This document shows positions 1 through 9,924 of a stretch of DNA of 64,000 nt, piece by piece. The DNA is from a bacterium (GTDB taxonomy: Bacteria; Patescibacteriota; Saccharimonadia; UBA4664): assembly GCA_016699105.1 (NCBI GenBank), contig CP064960.1, forward strand, positions 392,727 through 456,726. Direction: 5' to 3'. Position 1 is the first letter of the stretch; the number at the start of each line of letters is the position of its first letter. A model generated the notes under the pieces. That model worked only from the letters and a program-made list of their open reading frames with translations, did no database searches and was not told the DNA's origin. A program made the translations under genes and the position numbers.

Positions 1-370
1 GCCCCGCGCTGAACAGTCACGCGCTGAACAGCCGCGCCGAGAACAACCAGCGGCACCAGCAGCTCAGCCTACCCAACAGACTCAACCTACCCAACCTGTT
101 CAATCAGCGCGACAGCTAGACAATGACATGAACGAACCAATTATTTCGCCAGCTCACATCGAGTTTTCGCCTGATCCGGCTGATGATCCACGGGTGCAGA
201 TGCCGCCCGAGCCAATCCAAGTAGCTCCGGGTCAACTACCGTTGGAAATGTCACCATTGGGGTCACAAGCTGTGCAGAATCCGGCACCAACCCAACAAGC
301 TCCTCATCAGCCGGTTGCCCAACCTGCTGTGAGTGCTGCGCCTATGCCTTCAAGCTACCAAAATGACTGA
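1..370 (+). CDS. partial ORF (3' end of an upstream gene?), Pro/Gln-rich low-complexity C-terminus
   Basis: Frame is open from the window start through the stop at 370. It contains RAEQ repeats and PRVQMPPEP low complexity. It overlaps the truB start. Confidence 0.3.
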   Translation, partial: PRAEQSRAEQPRREQPAAPAAQPTQQTQPTQPVQSARQLDNDMNEPIISPAHIEFSPDPADDPRVQMPPEPIQVAPGQLPLEMSPLGSQAVQNPAPTQQAPHQPVAQPAVSAAPMPSSYQND

Positions 371-1049
371 AACGGCCTACAACGGTCTCTTGCTCGTCAA
401 TAAACCTGTCGGAATTAGTTCATTTGATGTCATTCGGGTATTACGCCGCATCACGGGTTTTCGCAAAATCGGACATGCTGGCACCCTCGATCCGGCAGCT
501 CACGGGCTGATGCTGATGTTGTTTGGACCGGCTTGTAAGCAAGCCCAAATGTTCACCAAACTTGATAAACGCTATCGTGCCGACATGACGTTGGGGCTGA
601 CGAGTTCGACGGGGGATAGAGAAGGGGTGCTGACAACCGTAGATGACGCCGTACCCACGCGGGATGCGATTACCGACGCGCTCAAGCAGCTGACGGGTGA
701 GATCGTGCAGATTCCTTCGGCGTACTCGGCGATCAAAATAAATGGTCAAGAAGCGTATAAACGGATTCGGGCTGGAGAAACGGTAGACATGCCCAGCCGG
801 ACCGTGCAAATATATGAGAATCACCTGGTGGATTACACCTATCCGGTGGTGCAGTTTGAAAGTGCGGTGTCGAGTGGTACCTATATCAGGACGCTAGCTG
901 AAGATCTTGGCAAAATCCTGGGTACTGGCGCTTACTTGAGTGCTCTCGAGCGTACCGTTGTGGGGCAATACAAGCTCGAAGACGCAGTCGGTTTCGACAA
1001 TTTAACGCCCGAAGCCGTCGTAAAAGCTTTACAACCCATCGCGGGGTAG
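333..1049 (+). CDS. truB: tRNA pseudouridine(55) synthase TruB
   Basis: HAGTLDPAAHGLM catalytic-Asp motif with TruB-like N-terminus; 238 aa. Confidence 0.9.
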   Translation: MLRLCLQATKMTETAYNGLLLVNKPVGISSFDVIRVLRRITGFRKIGHAGTLDPAAHGLMLMLFGPACKQAQMFTKLDKRYRADMTLGLTSSTGDREGVLTTVDDAVPTRDAITDALKQLTGEIVQIPSAYSAIKINGQEAYKRIRAGETVDMPSRTVQIYENHLVDYTYPVVQFESAVSSGTYIRTLAEDLGKILGTGAYLSALERTVVGQYKLEDAVGFDNLTPEAVVKALQPIAG

Positions 1050-1113
1050 AGCAGCCAGGTAGCTCGCCGGGCTTACTTCCCGGAGGTCGTAGGTTCAAAT
1101 CCTACCCCCGCTA
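1040..1113 (+). tRNA. tRNA-Val (anticodon UAC), atypical
   Basis: Cloverleaf: D-stem GAGC/GCTC, anticodon stem CCGGG/CCCGG with loop CTTACTT, T-arm GTAGG-TTCAAAT-CCTAC. The truB stop codon lies inside the 5' acceptor. Position 37 is a pyrimidine and there is a possible 1-72 mismatch, so the call is only moderate. Confidence 0.6.
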
Positions 1114-1336
1114 CGAACGCGGCTACATTCGGTAGTCGTTACTTTATAGCCTTGGAGGTGATGCTGAGTAGGTGACGTGACGCGCGACTGACCTGAACAT
1201 GACCGCTCGATCAACCGCATTATACCCCCAACCGGAGTGCTATTATGGCTCCGGTTGGGGTCAAATCTCATAATTATCGACGATTACACCTAAAACACTT
1301 GATAAGTGTATCTAAAAGTGCTACTATACTTGAGTT

Positions 1337-1602
1337 ATGTTGAAGCCAGAAGCCAAAACAACTGTCATCAAGAGCCTTGCAACTCACAAGGGCGACACCG
1401 GTTCGCCTGAGGTTCAGATTGGCATTTTTACTGAGCAGATCAAAGAACTGACGAAGCATTTGCAACTCCACAAAAGGATGAGCACTCGCGTCGTGGTCTC
1501 TTGAAGATGGTCGGTAAGCGTCGTTCGCTGTTGGACTACCTGAATAAGCGTGATCCTAATCGCTACCAGGACGTTCTGAAGAAACTCGAACTCCGCCGCT
1601 AA
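1337..1602 (+). CDS. rpsO: 30S ribosomal protein S15, with a -1 frameshift in an A4 run (1472-1475)
   Basis: N-terminal part reads ...[30 protein letters not shown]-terminal part reads [35 protein letters not shown] in the +1 frame. Adding one A restores an 88-aa S15. Confidence 0.85.
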
Positions 1603-1609
1603 TCCGTTG

Positions 1610-1618
1610 TGCTATAAT
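1610..1618 (+). promoter_or_regulatory. extended -10 (TGcTATAAT) upstream of pnp
   Basis: tgctataat sits between the rpsO stop and the pnp start. Confidence 0.35.
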
Positions 1619-1770
1619 GACGAGCGTACAGCCAGGTAGTTCGGATACGAACTCGTAATTTAAATATGGGCTGAGTTTGTGAGTAAGGTACGTGTTAGAG
1701 CTTTGGGATTAAACTTGTTTAATCTCTTGTCCCTGGCACTTACTCTTCAAGCCCAATAAAGGAAGACAAT

Positions 1771-3886
1771 ATGGGAGACATTATCCACCCATTTGGTGGT
1801 AAGACTTTGGTCTTTGAGACCGAGTTTTGTGGTCGGAAATTAACGATCGAGACTGGCAAAGTGGCCTTTTTGGCCGATGGCGGCGTGTTAGTGCGCTACG
1901 GTGACACAGTTATCATGGGTACGGCTCAAGTGAGCAATCAACCACGGCCTGGCATCGAGTTTTTCCGCTGTTAATTGATTATGAAGAGCGCTTTTATGCG
2001 GCCGGAAAATCAGCGGTTCACGTTTCATTAAGCGTGAAGGACGGGCGAGCGAGCGAGGTACGTTGAGTGCCCGGTTGATCGACCGACCAATTCGACCATT
2101 GTTTCCTAAGGGTTACCGTCACGACGTTCAAGGCGTGGCTACCGTTTTGTCGGTTGATCTCGAATACGCACCCAATATTATTGCTATGACTGCTATTTCG
2201 ACGGCTTTGATGCTGTCTGGAGCCCCATTTGAAGGACCGATAGCTGGCGTGCGCATTGGTAAGCTTGATGGCAAACTGGTGGCTTTCCCCAGTGAAGCAC
2301 AAATGGCTGACAGTGAACTTGACCTAACAGTCGCCGGCACCAAAGACGCCATTATGATGGTGGAAGCTGGAGCCATGGAAGTAGATGAGGCTACCATGAT
2401 TGAGGCGATTGAACTGGCTCACAAGAGCATTCAACCTTTGATAGATTTGCAGCTTGAGGTGGTCAAAGCTTTGGGCGCTAAAGAAAAGCCATATGATTTG
2501 GTATTGCCGGAAGCCGAGCTCAAAACTGCTATTTTGGCATTCTTGAAAGACAAAATGGGCCCAGCAGTGCGGCACCAAGATCATTACCAACGTCACGGTG
2601 CTATCAAAAACTTGGAAGAAGAAGTGGTAGCCGAGTTTGGTGAAGAGCACGAGCACGCGGCTATTGAAGTAGCTTTCCAAAAAGTGATTGATGGTGAGAT
2701 CCGGCGGGCAATCCTGGAAGATGGTGCCCGGCCAGACGGTCGCAAGATGGACGAAATCCGGCCATTGAGTGCGCAGGTGAGTGTCTTGCCTCGAACCCAT
2801 GGATCGGCTATTTTCACCCGCGGCACCACGCAGGTGCTGAATGTGACGACCTTGGCGAGCACGAGCTATGCCCAGCTGATCGACACTATGGAAGAAGATA
2901 CTACGAAGCGCTATATGCATCACTACAATGCACCGGGTTATTCGAGTGGTGAAGTCAAACCGATGCGTTCGCCTGGTCGTCGCGAGATTGGTCATGGCGC
3001 CTTAGCGGAGCGAGCATTGTTGCCCGTGATTCCGTCAGTCGAAGACTTTCCCTATACCATTCGCACCGTCAGTGAAGTGCTGAGCCAGAATGGATCAAGT
3101 AGTATGGCATCGGTTTGCGGGTCGACATTGTCACTCATGGACGCGGGTGTGCCGATTCGGAAGCCAGTCGCTGGTATCGCCATGGGCTTGATCACCAAAG
3201 AAGATGGTGGATACGTCATCTTGAGTGATATTCAAGGCGCCGAGGACTTTGCCGGTGACATGGACTTCAAGGTGGCTGGAACCGACGACGGTATTACGGC
3301 ATTACAAATGGATATCAAGGTCAAAGGTATTACGCCTGCCATCATGAAGGCCGCGTTGGCTCAAGCCAAGACGGGCCGGGCGCACATTATGGATTCGATT
3401 AAAGCCGAATTGACTGAGCCACGAGCAGATCTCTCGAAATTTGCCCCTCGTATCGACAAAGTCATGATCGATCCAGGCAAAATTGCGCTCGTGATCGGTA
3501 AGGGCGGCGAGACGATCAACAAAATCATCGCCGAGACTGGTGTAGAGATAGATATTGAAGACTCTGGTTTGGTGATGATAGCCTCGACCAGTCCTGAAGG
3601 TTCCAAGCGAGCGATCGAGATTATCCGGGGATTGACCGAAGATCCTGAGATCGGCCGAATCTACAATGGTACCGTAGTCCGCCTGATGGAATTTGGCGCT
3701 TTTGTAAACGTTTTGCCGGGTAAAGATGGTCTCGTGCACATTAGCCAATTGTCGGACAAGCGCGTCGACAAAGTGGGCGATGTGGTAAAATTGGGTGACA
3801 AGGTACGCGTTAAGCTCGTGGATATCGATCCCCAAGGACGATTGAATCTGAGTATGAGAGCCGCCGCTAACAAGGACGACAAATAG
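1771..3886 (+). CDS. pnp: polynucleotide phosphorylase, with two homopolymer frameshifts near 1965 (C run) and 2006-2009 (A run)
   Basis: The 67-aa N-terminal ORF ([18 protein letters not shown]...GIEFF) continues as [48 protein letters not shown] once one base is inserted at each run. The 607-aa body carries the KH and S1 C-terminal domains. Confidence 0.9.
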
Positions 3887-4039
3887 CATGGATAGTAACT
3901 GGTTGCTTTGACGCTTCCGGCGTCTCATGAAGACATGAGGCGCCCAAGGGTCGCGGCAACAAATGCGCATCCCACTCGCTGGTGAGAGGGCTTTCTATGG
4001 ACACAGCACAACCTGATAAGGCTAGCCAGTTGGCCGCAA

Positions 4040-4612
4040 TTGCCCAGGAAATTGAGGCCAATAAAGGTGACGCCACATTTGCAGGCGACAGCTACCCAGT
4101 TGGTGTTTGGGGTAGGTAACCCCGATGCCGACATCGTTTTTGTCGGTGAAGCTCCAGGAAAAAATGAAGATCTGCAGGGTGAACCCTTTGTCGGAGCGGC
4201 TGGCAAATTCTTGAACGAAATGCTGAGCTCGATCGGGCTGCAACGTCAGGACATTTATATCAGTAATATCGTGAAATACCGGCCGCCAGACAACCGGGAT
4301 CCAACGCCGGAGGAAATAGCGGAATTTAAACCGTATTTACTCAAGCAAATTGCGGTGATCCGGCCAAAGCTGGTGGTATTTCTGGGACGTCATAGCATGA
4401 ACGTATTTTTGCCCGAGCTCAAGATTAGCCAAGCTCACGGTCAGCCGATACGCAAAGACGGTCAAGTCTATCTACCGCTGTTTCACCCAGCAGCTGCCCT
4501 GTACAACGGAGCTATGCGCCAGACATTGCTCGACGATTTTCGGCTCATACCAGCCATACTCAAAAAATACCTAACTAATTTTGGAATTATTTCAAACTTA
4601 TATTCGACATGA
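4040..4612 (+). CDS. uracil-DNA glycosylase, family 4; N-terminus may start at about 3997 in another frame
   Basis: GEAPGKNEDLQGEPFVGAAGKFL motif and an HPAA region. An upstream ATG at 3997 reads MDTAQPDKASQLAAIAQEIE in a different frame. Confidence 0.8.
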   Translation: MPRKLRPIKVTPHLQATATQLVFGVGNPDADIVFVGEAPGKNEDLQGEPFVGAAGKFLNEMLSSIGLQRQDIYISNIVKYRPPDNRDPTPEEIAEFKPYLLKQIAVIRPKLVVFLGRHSMNVFLPELKISQAHGQPIRKDGQVYLPLFHPAAALYNGAMRQTLLDDFRLIPAILKKYLTNFGIISNLYST

Positions 4613-4636
4613 AAGAAAGGAGATCCACTTCAAATT

Positions 4637-6871
4637 ATGGATCCACAAACTAACAAACAACCAACTAACTCCAATGAACCCCGGCAAGAACCGAGGATTC
4701 AAATGCCGCCTCAGGCAATGCCAGTGCCAATGCCAACAGCGCAAGCTCCGCAGCCACCAGTAATGGCGCAAACGCGCGCCACAGCCTCAGCGCAACAACG
4801 ACCTCAAGCTCAACAACGACCTCAGGGTCAACCACGGCCTCAACAGAACCCAGCGCGACCGCAACCGCGTCCCGTAGCCACTGATGCCACGGCTGGCATG
4901 GTGGTGAGCCCCAAGGTAGTACGCGGTGCTAAACCAGTGTCACCGGCAAACCGCCGGCCAATGCCCTCGGACCAACGACCCGCCAGACCCAATGTGCCTG
5001 CCGGTGATAAGCCAGTCAAAGCCGTCAGTAATTCGGTTAGCAGGGAACGCCGGCGATTGAGCCAGATGGCGCCTACCCATACCGACCTGATGCCGTCGCT
5101 CGACACCATGCCAGTCAACAAAAGCGAGTTCAATGGCTTTGGTGGCAGTCAGCAGACCAAGAAAGGTGGCGCTCGTCGAGCCAATTATGCTGAGCGTGTA
5201 CCCACCATCAAAGTGATGGCACTGGGGGGCTTGGGTGAAATCGGCAAAAACATGATGGCCATCGAATGCGGCCAAGACATAGTCATTATTGATATGGGCT
5301 TTGCCTTTCCGGATGGCAAGCAGCCCGGTGTCGATTACATCATTCCCGATGTAACGTACCTGGAAAAGAATCGCCATAAAGTGCGCGCTATTATTATTAC
5401 TCATGGCCACATGGACCACATTGGGGCAGCGGGCTATATGATCCCGAAATTCCCAGTGCCGGTCTATGGATCGCGGCTGACTTTGGGTATGGTAGCCAAG
5501 CAAATTGAAGAATTTAAGATTCAGACCCCGCGATGGGTAGTACTTGATCCTGATAAAAGCGAGCGGGTTCAGATCGGGAGTGCGTTCAACATCGAATTGG
5601 TACGGGTCAATCACACCATCGCCGATTCCACGGCAGTCGTCTTGCGCACACCAGCAGGAATCCTCATCAATACCGGTGACTGGCGGCTCGATCCGACGCC
5701 GTTAAACGGCCAAGTGACCGACATGCCTAAGTTCCAAAAGATTGGTGAAGAGGGTGTGTTGCTACTTATGAGTGACTCCACAAGCTGTGACCGGGTGGGA
5801 CGAGGTGGTAGTGAAGTTACTATTGTACCAACGATAGACGACCTATTTGGCCGGGCTAACGGACGCATCATTATCTCGGCGTTTTCGAGCTCAATTACCC
5901 GTATGCAGTTGATCGTTGACGCCACCGCCAAAGCTGGCCGCAAGCTGGCATTGGTAGGACGTTCGGTACTCTCAAACATTGAGCTCTGTGTGCGCATGGG
6001 CTATATCAAGGTCCCAGCCGGGCTCGTGATCAAAGTACAGGATGTAACGAGCATGCCTGACGATCGCGTGGTAGTGCTATGTACCGGTTCGCAGGGTGAA
6101 GAAAACTCAGCACTAGTGCGTATGAGTACCGGTGACCACCAAAATATCAAGATCAAGGCTGGAGACACCATCATTTTGTCTTCAAGTGTGATCCCAGGAA
6201 ATGATGTATCGGTCGTGACGCTCATCGACAACCTCATGCGCGAAGGCGCCAATGTCTACGCTCGTTCTACCGAAGCTTTGCGCGGTCACGGACCGGTGCA
6301 CGTGGGTGGACACGCTTTCAGAGATGACACTGCCGATCTGATTCGGGCAGTCCGGCCGAAGTACTACATGCCAATTCACGGTGAGTTCCATCACCTAGTA
6401 TTCAACGCTGAAGTAGCAGTCGAAGAGGGTATCCCCAAAGAAAACGTCTTCGTGATGGATAATGGTGATTGCCTCGAGCTAACAGCCAACAGTGCCCAGA
6501 AAGTGGCTCGCATTCCTGCTGGCGTCGTCATGGTTGACGGCGCCGGAGTAGGGGACGTGGAAGGCGTGGTCTTACGCGACCGGTTGGCATTATCGAATGA
6601 TGGCATGTTTATGATCGTGGCAACCGTGTCACGCAAAACCGGTCGGCTCATTACGAGCCCAGACATCATCTCTCGTGGCTTTATCTACATGAAAGAGCAC
6701 GAAGAGCTGATCAACCGGACTCGAGCCGAGGTACGGCGCATTTTCGAAAAACGTGTACCCGGCGAAGACTGGACCAAGTTCAAACTGCGCTTGCGCGATG
6801 AGATTGCCGACATCCTGTATTCAAAGACCAAGCGCAATCCGATGGTCTTACCGGTGATTAACGAGGTTTAA
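4637..6871 (+). CDS. rnj: ribonuclease J (metallo-beta-lactamase/beta-CASP) with a roughly 190-aa Pro/Gln-rich N-terminal extension
   Basis: ITHGHMDHIG (HxHxDH) motif, beta-CASP region and a C-terminal domain; 744 aa; no frameshift. Confidence 0.9.
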   Translation: MDPQTNKQPTNSNEPRQEPRIQMPPQAMPVPMPTAQAPQPPVMAQTRATASAQQRPQAQQRPQGQPRPQQNPARPQPRPVATDATAGMVVSPKVVRGAKPVSPANRRPMPSDQRPARPNVPAGDKPVKAVSNSVSRERRRLSQMAPTHTDLMPSLDTMPVNKSEFNGFGGSQQTKKGGARRANYAERVPTIKVMALGGLGEIGKNMMAIECGQDIVIIDMGFAFPDGKQPGVDYIIPDVTYLEKNRHKVRAIIITHGHMDHIGAAGYMIPKFPVPVYGSRLTLGMVAKQIEEFKIQTPRWVVLDPDKSERVQIGSAFNIELVRVNHTIADSTAVVLRTPAGILINTGDWRLDPTPLNGQVTDMPKFQKIGEEGVLLLMSDSTSCDRVGRGGSEVTIVPTIDDLFGRANGRIIISAFSSSITRMQLIVDATAKAGRKLALVGRSVLSNIELCVRMGYIKVPAGLVIKVQDVTSMPDDRVVVLCTGSQGEENSALVRMSTGDHQNIKIKAGDTIILSSSVIPGNDVSVVTLIDNLMREGANVYARSTEALRGHGPVHVGGHAFRDDTADLIRAVRPKYYMPIHGEFHHLVFNAEVAVEEGIPKENVFVMDNGDCLELTANSAQKVARIPAGVVMVDGAGVGDVEGVVLRDRLALSNDGMFMIVATVSRKTGRLITSPDIISRGFIYMKEHEELINRTRAEVRRIFEKRVPGEDWTKFKLRLRDEIADILYSKTKRNPMVLPVINEV

Positions 6872-6900
6872 TCAGATAGGGCGAACAATCTAAGTGTTCG

Positions 6901-7316
6901 TTAATTCAGAGCGTGCAGGAAATCTTTGACCTGGTCAGCTTCGCTCGCTATTAGCGGATAGTCATTGATGGTGCGTGCATCGACCCAGACGAAATCGTCA
7001 TGTTCGGAGCTGAGTTTGACCTCTGTGGACGTGGTGGTACAGGCGACGAAGACAGCAATAATGTGGTTGGCCTGACCGCGGATAGTGGGAACCATTCACA
7101 GACGAAAGCCGGCTGACCGACGGTAACATTGAGACCGGTTTCTTCTTTGACCTCGCGCTTGAGACCATCGAAGAACGACTCTCCGGGTTCGATGCGACCG
7201 CCAGGCACTTGGTAATTGCCGATTTGGGTAGCCTCGATGTCGGTAGCGGCTTCCCGGAGCAAGAGGATCTGATGACCATTGGTGATGAGGGCTTTGGCGG
7301 CGATGCGTTGATTCAT
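6901..7316 (-). CDS. NUDIX hydrolase (MutT-like), frameshifted near 7090
   Basis: Nudix box GGRIEPGESFFDGLKREVKEETGL. The C-terminal part (TIRGQANHIIAVFVACTTTST...FVWVDARTI) is in the adjacent 64-aa ORF. Confidence 0.75.
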
Positions 7317-7394
7317 GGTCAGAATTTACCGGTTTGTCGATCTGACATCTAGTGATGGCGTCTTCACTAACGCATTCACCAGAATTGTGTTTAA

Positions 7395-8102
7395 ATGAGG
7401 CACATGAAATACGACAATCAGCTCAACCAGATACAGTCGCAGATTATGGCGCAGCTGTATACGCGTGGAGATTTGCGTTTTGCGCAAATGAACGCGGGTC
7501 AGGTGCCGAGTGATCAATTTTCCTACCATGTCCGCCAGCTGCTGAAATATGGATTGGTCGAGAAGACAGCAGAATATACTTATAGGCTGTCAGTAAACGG
7601 CCGGAGCCGGGCAATTCTCTTGGATGTGCAGACGGGTCAGTTTATCGAGCAGGGATTTGTGGCCTGCCGGGTGGTACTTAGCCGTGAACGTGCTGGCAGC
7701 AAGGAGTACTTGGTACAATATCGGACCAAGGTACCATATAAGGGCAATATTGCCGAACCAGGTGGCAAGATTTTGTTTGGCGAAGATATTTTGCAGTCAG
7801 CGGCTCGCAATATGCTCAAAGAGACTGGTCTGACCTGTCGGTTTGTGCTCAAAGGCATGGCACACTTCAAAGATGAATATCTGGGGCGGATTGTGCAGGA
7901 CAAGTTTTTCTTTGTGATATTGGCCAGAAATCCCCAAGGTGAGCTGCTAGAGTATGGCGAAACCGGTACGAATGTCTGGATGACTCTGGAGCAGATTGCC
8001 GCAGATCCCATGACCCATCAAGGTGTGGTCGACATGATCAACATGGCTGAGCGTGAGGGATATCATATGATTGAGCAGACTCACACCGCCGAGTTATACT
8101 AA
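7395..8102 (+). CDS. winged-helix DNA-binding domain fused to a NUDIX-like domain (putative Nudix-related regulator)
   Basis: N-terminus is HTH-like (RFAQMNAGQVPSDQFSYHVRQLLKYGLVEK). Later there is a GGKILFGEDILQSAARNMLKETGL Nudix-box variant. It is divergent from the NUDIX gene. Confidence 0.5.
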   Translation: MRHMKYDNQLNQIQSQIMAQLYTRGDLRFAQMNAGQVPSDQFSYHVRQLLKYGLVEKTAEYTYRLSVNGRSRAILLDVQTGQFIEQGFVACRVVLSRERAGSKEYLVQYRTKVPYKGNIAEPGGKILFGEDILQSAARNMLKETGLTCRFVLKGMAHFKDEYLGRIVQDKFFFVILARNPQGELLEYGETGTNVWMTLEQIAADPMTHQGVVDMINMAEREGYHMIEQTHTAELY

Positions 8103-8134
8103 TTACAAGATTTTTGTGAGGAACCCGGCGAACG

Positions 8135-9872
8135 ATGAACCAGGCGGTGTATAAATATTTGTGGTCCACGTTTGGACAGCAACCGGGTTATTGGGTGGGT
8201 TTTGGCGCAGGGCTTGCTCAAAGTATCACTGGCCGGATTGGGCTAGCGATTTTTCAAGCATCGATTGTGGCAGCAGTTGCCCGTGGTGACGCGGCAGGTG
8301 CGCGTCGATGGATATTATGGTATCTGGCTGTCGGGATAATTGGCTTATTCTTGCGCTTCCTAAGAGACGCCGTGGGAAATCTGGCCGAAAACAAGGTCTA
8401 TACCAGATTGATGGTCACGTATTATGAGCGACTGGTAGCCAAAGACCTGTCATTTTATCGGGATCATCAAACGGGTTATTTGGCGGGAGCTTACCGGCAA
8501 CATCTCGATTCGGCGATGAACTTTGTGCGGTTATTCCGGGGAGAAATCCAACAGACTGTGGTGTTGTTGGTGATGCCGATGGCAGTTTTGCTGGTACTGG
8601 CGTGGCCAGTGGGGCTGACGGTATTGGCGGTAGTGTTGATCCAGATTGTATACGTGCTGTGGGCTTCAAAATTGACCCAACCATATCGGAGTATTACGCA
8701 TGAAGTATATCGTCGGGTGTCGGGACTGGTGGCGGATGATGTCACCAATATCGTGGCATTTAAGTCGTCGGGAGCTGCCCAGCAGTCACGGGATCGAATG
8801 ACGGCGCTCGCTCAAGAAGAAAAAGCGGCGTACACGCAGCGCCGATTGCTCTTGGCTCGATTAGAAACGCCACGGGACGCTATCACGTTCATTGGTGCCA
8901 GTATTGCGTTGTGGTTGGCCGTGCAATCAGGTTCGGATAGCCTCGGATCGGTCGGGCTCCTGGTTTTGGTAATTGTCTATATGGTACAGATCTACAACGC
9001 AGTCCAAGGTATACCGAGCGTCGTTGAACAACATGATGATTTAGTTTCAAAGCTATATCCAACGCTTGAATACATGACACATAAATTCGAAGATGTGCAT
9101 GATGATGTTCATCCGGTTGCACTGCCACGCTCAGGTGGTGCGATTGTTTTTGACCGGGTCAATTTTGCTTATCGCACGCCGGCTGGCCAGCGGGTACCGG
9201 TATTTAAGGATTTGAACTTGATCGTGGCAGCGGGTGAGCAAGTGGGAATTGTGGGATTGAGCGGTGCCGGTAAAAGTACGCTGGCGAGTTTGTTGATGCG
9301 ATTTGATGATATCGATAGTGGCAGCATCGAAGTAGATGGCGTTGATATCAGGAAAGTTGCTCAAATCGATTTGCGACAGCGGATGGCTTATGTTCCCCAA
9401 GAACCACTCTTATTTCACCGATCTATTAGGGAAAATATTGTTTATTTTCGGCCAGGAGCAACTCAGAACGACATTGAAAAAAAGCAGCCAAAGCAGCCCA
9501 TGCCAGTGAGTTTATTGCGCGACTGCCTGATGGCTACGAGACCTTGGTGGGGAGCGTGGAGTCAAACTCAGTGGCGGCCAGAAGCAGCGTATAGTGTTGG
9601 CGCGGTCTATCCTCAAAGACGCTGAAATCATGATTTTTGATGAAGCGACGAGTGCCCTAGACAGCGTGAGTGAAAAATTATTCAAGCGTCGTTGCCGGGC
9701 ATTATTAGGGAAGCGGACAGCGATCGTGATTGCGCACCGTTTGAGTACGGTGGCCGATTTAGACCGGATTGTGGTGATGCGAGAGGGTCGCATAGCTGAA
9801 CAAGGTACCCACGAGCAACTTCTGGCCAAGCGGGGCAATATTTCGAGCTATGGCAAAAACAAAGTCGGTTAA
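8135..9872 (+). CDS. ABC exporter, fused permease/ATP-binding protein (MsbA/LmrA-like), with two homopolymer frameshifts (A7 at 9477-9483, G run at 9549-9552)
   Basis: Six-TM N-terminus. Walker [11 protein letters not shown]. After repair it reads ...[58 protein letters not shown]... Confidence 0.85.
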
Positions 9873-9924
9873 CCAGCGACTAATCAGTAAAACGCCCAGG
9901 TAAATTTATACCTGGGCGTTGAGT

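Noticed and set aside
1472-2010. Possibility of programmed ribosomal frameshifting in rpsO and pnp
   Set aside because: The same single-base homopolymer deficit recurs in at least 20 unrelated genes with no slippery-site or stimulatory-structure pattern, so a technical error is far more parsimonious.
2324-2995. 223-aa minus-strand ORF (and others at 2128-2397 and 3302-3970) inside pnp
   Set aside because: They are antisense to a highly conserved PNPase coding region and their composition is typical of shadow ORFs.
4700-4900. Short tandem-looking repeats (ccagtgccaatgccaacagcgcaagctcc; caacgacctcaagctcaacaacgacctcag) that resemble an array
   Set aside because: They are in-frame codon repeats encoding the Pro/Gln-rich RNase J N-terminus (QQRPQAQQRPQGQPRPQ). 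They are not CRISPR or other non-coding repeats, since there are no spacers and the coding frame is kept.
4940-5614. 224-aa minus-strand ORF inside rnj
   Set aside because: It is a shadow ORF opposite the RNase J catalytic domain.
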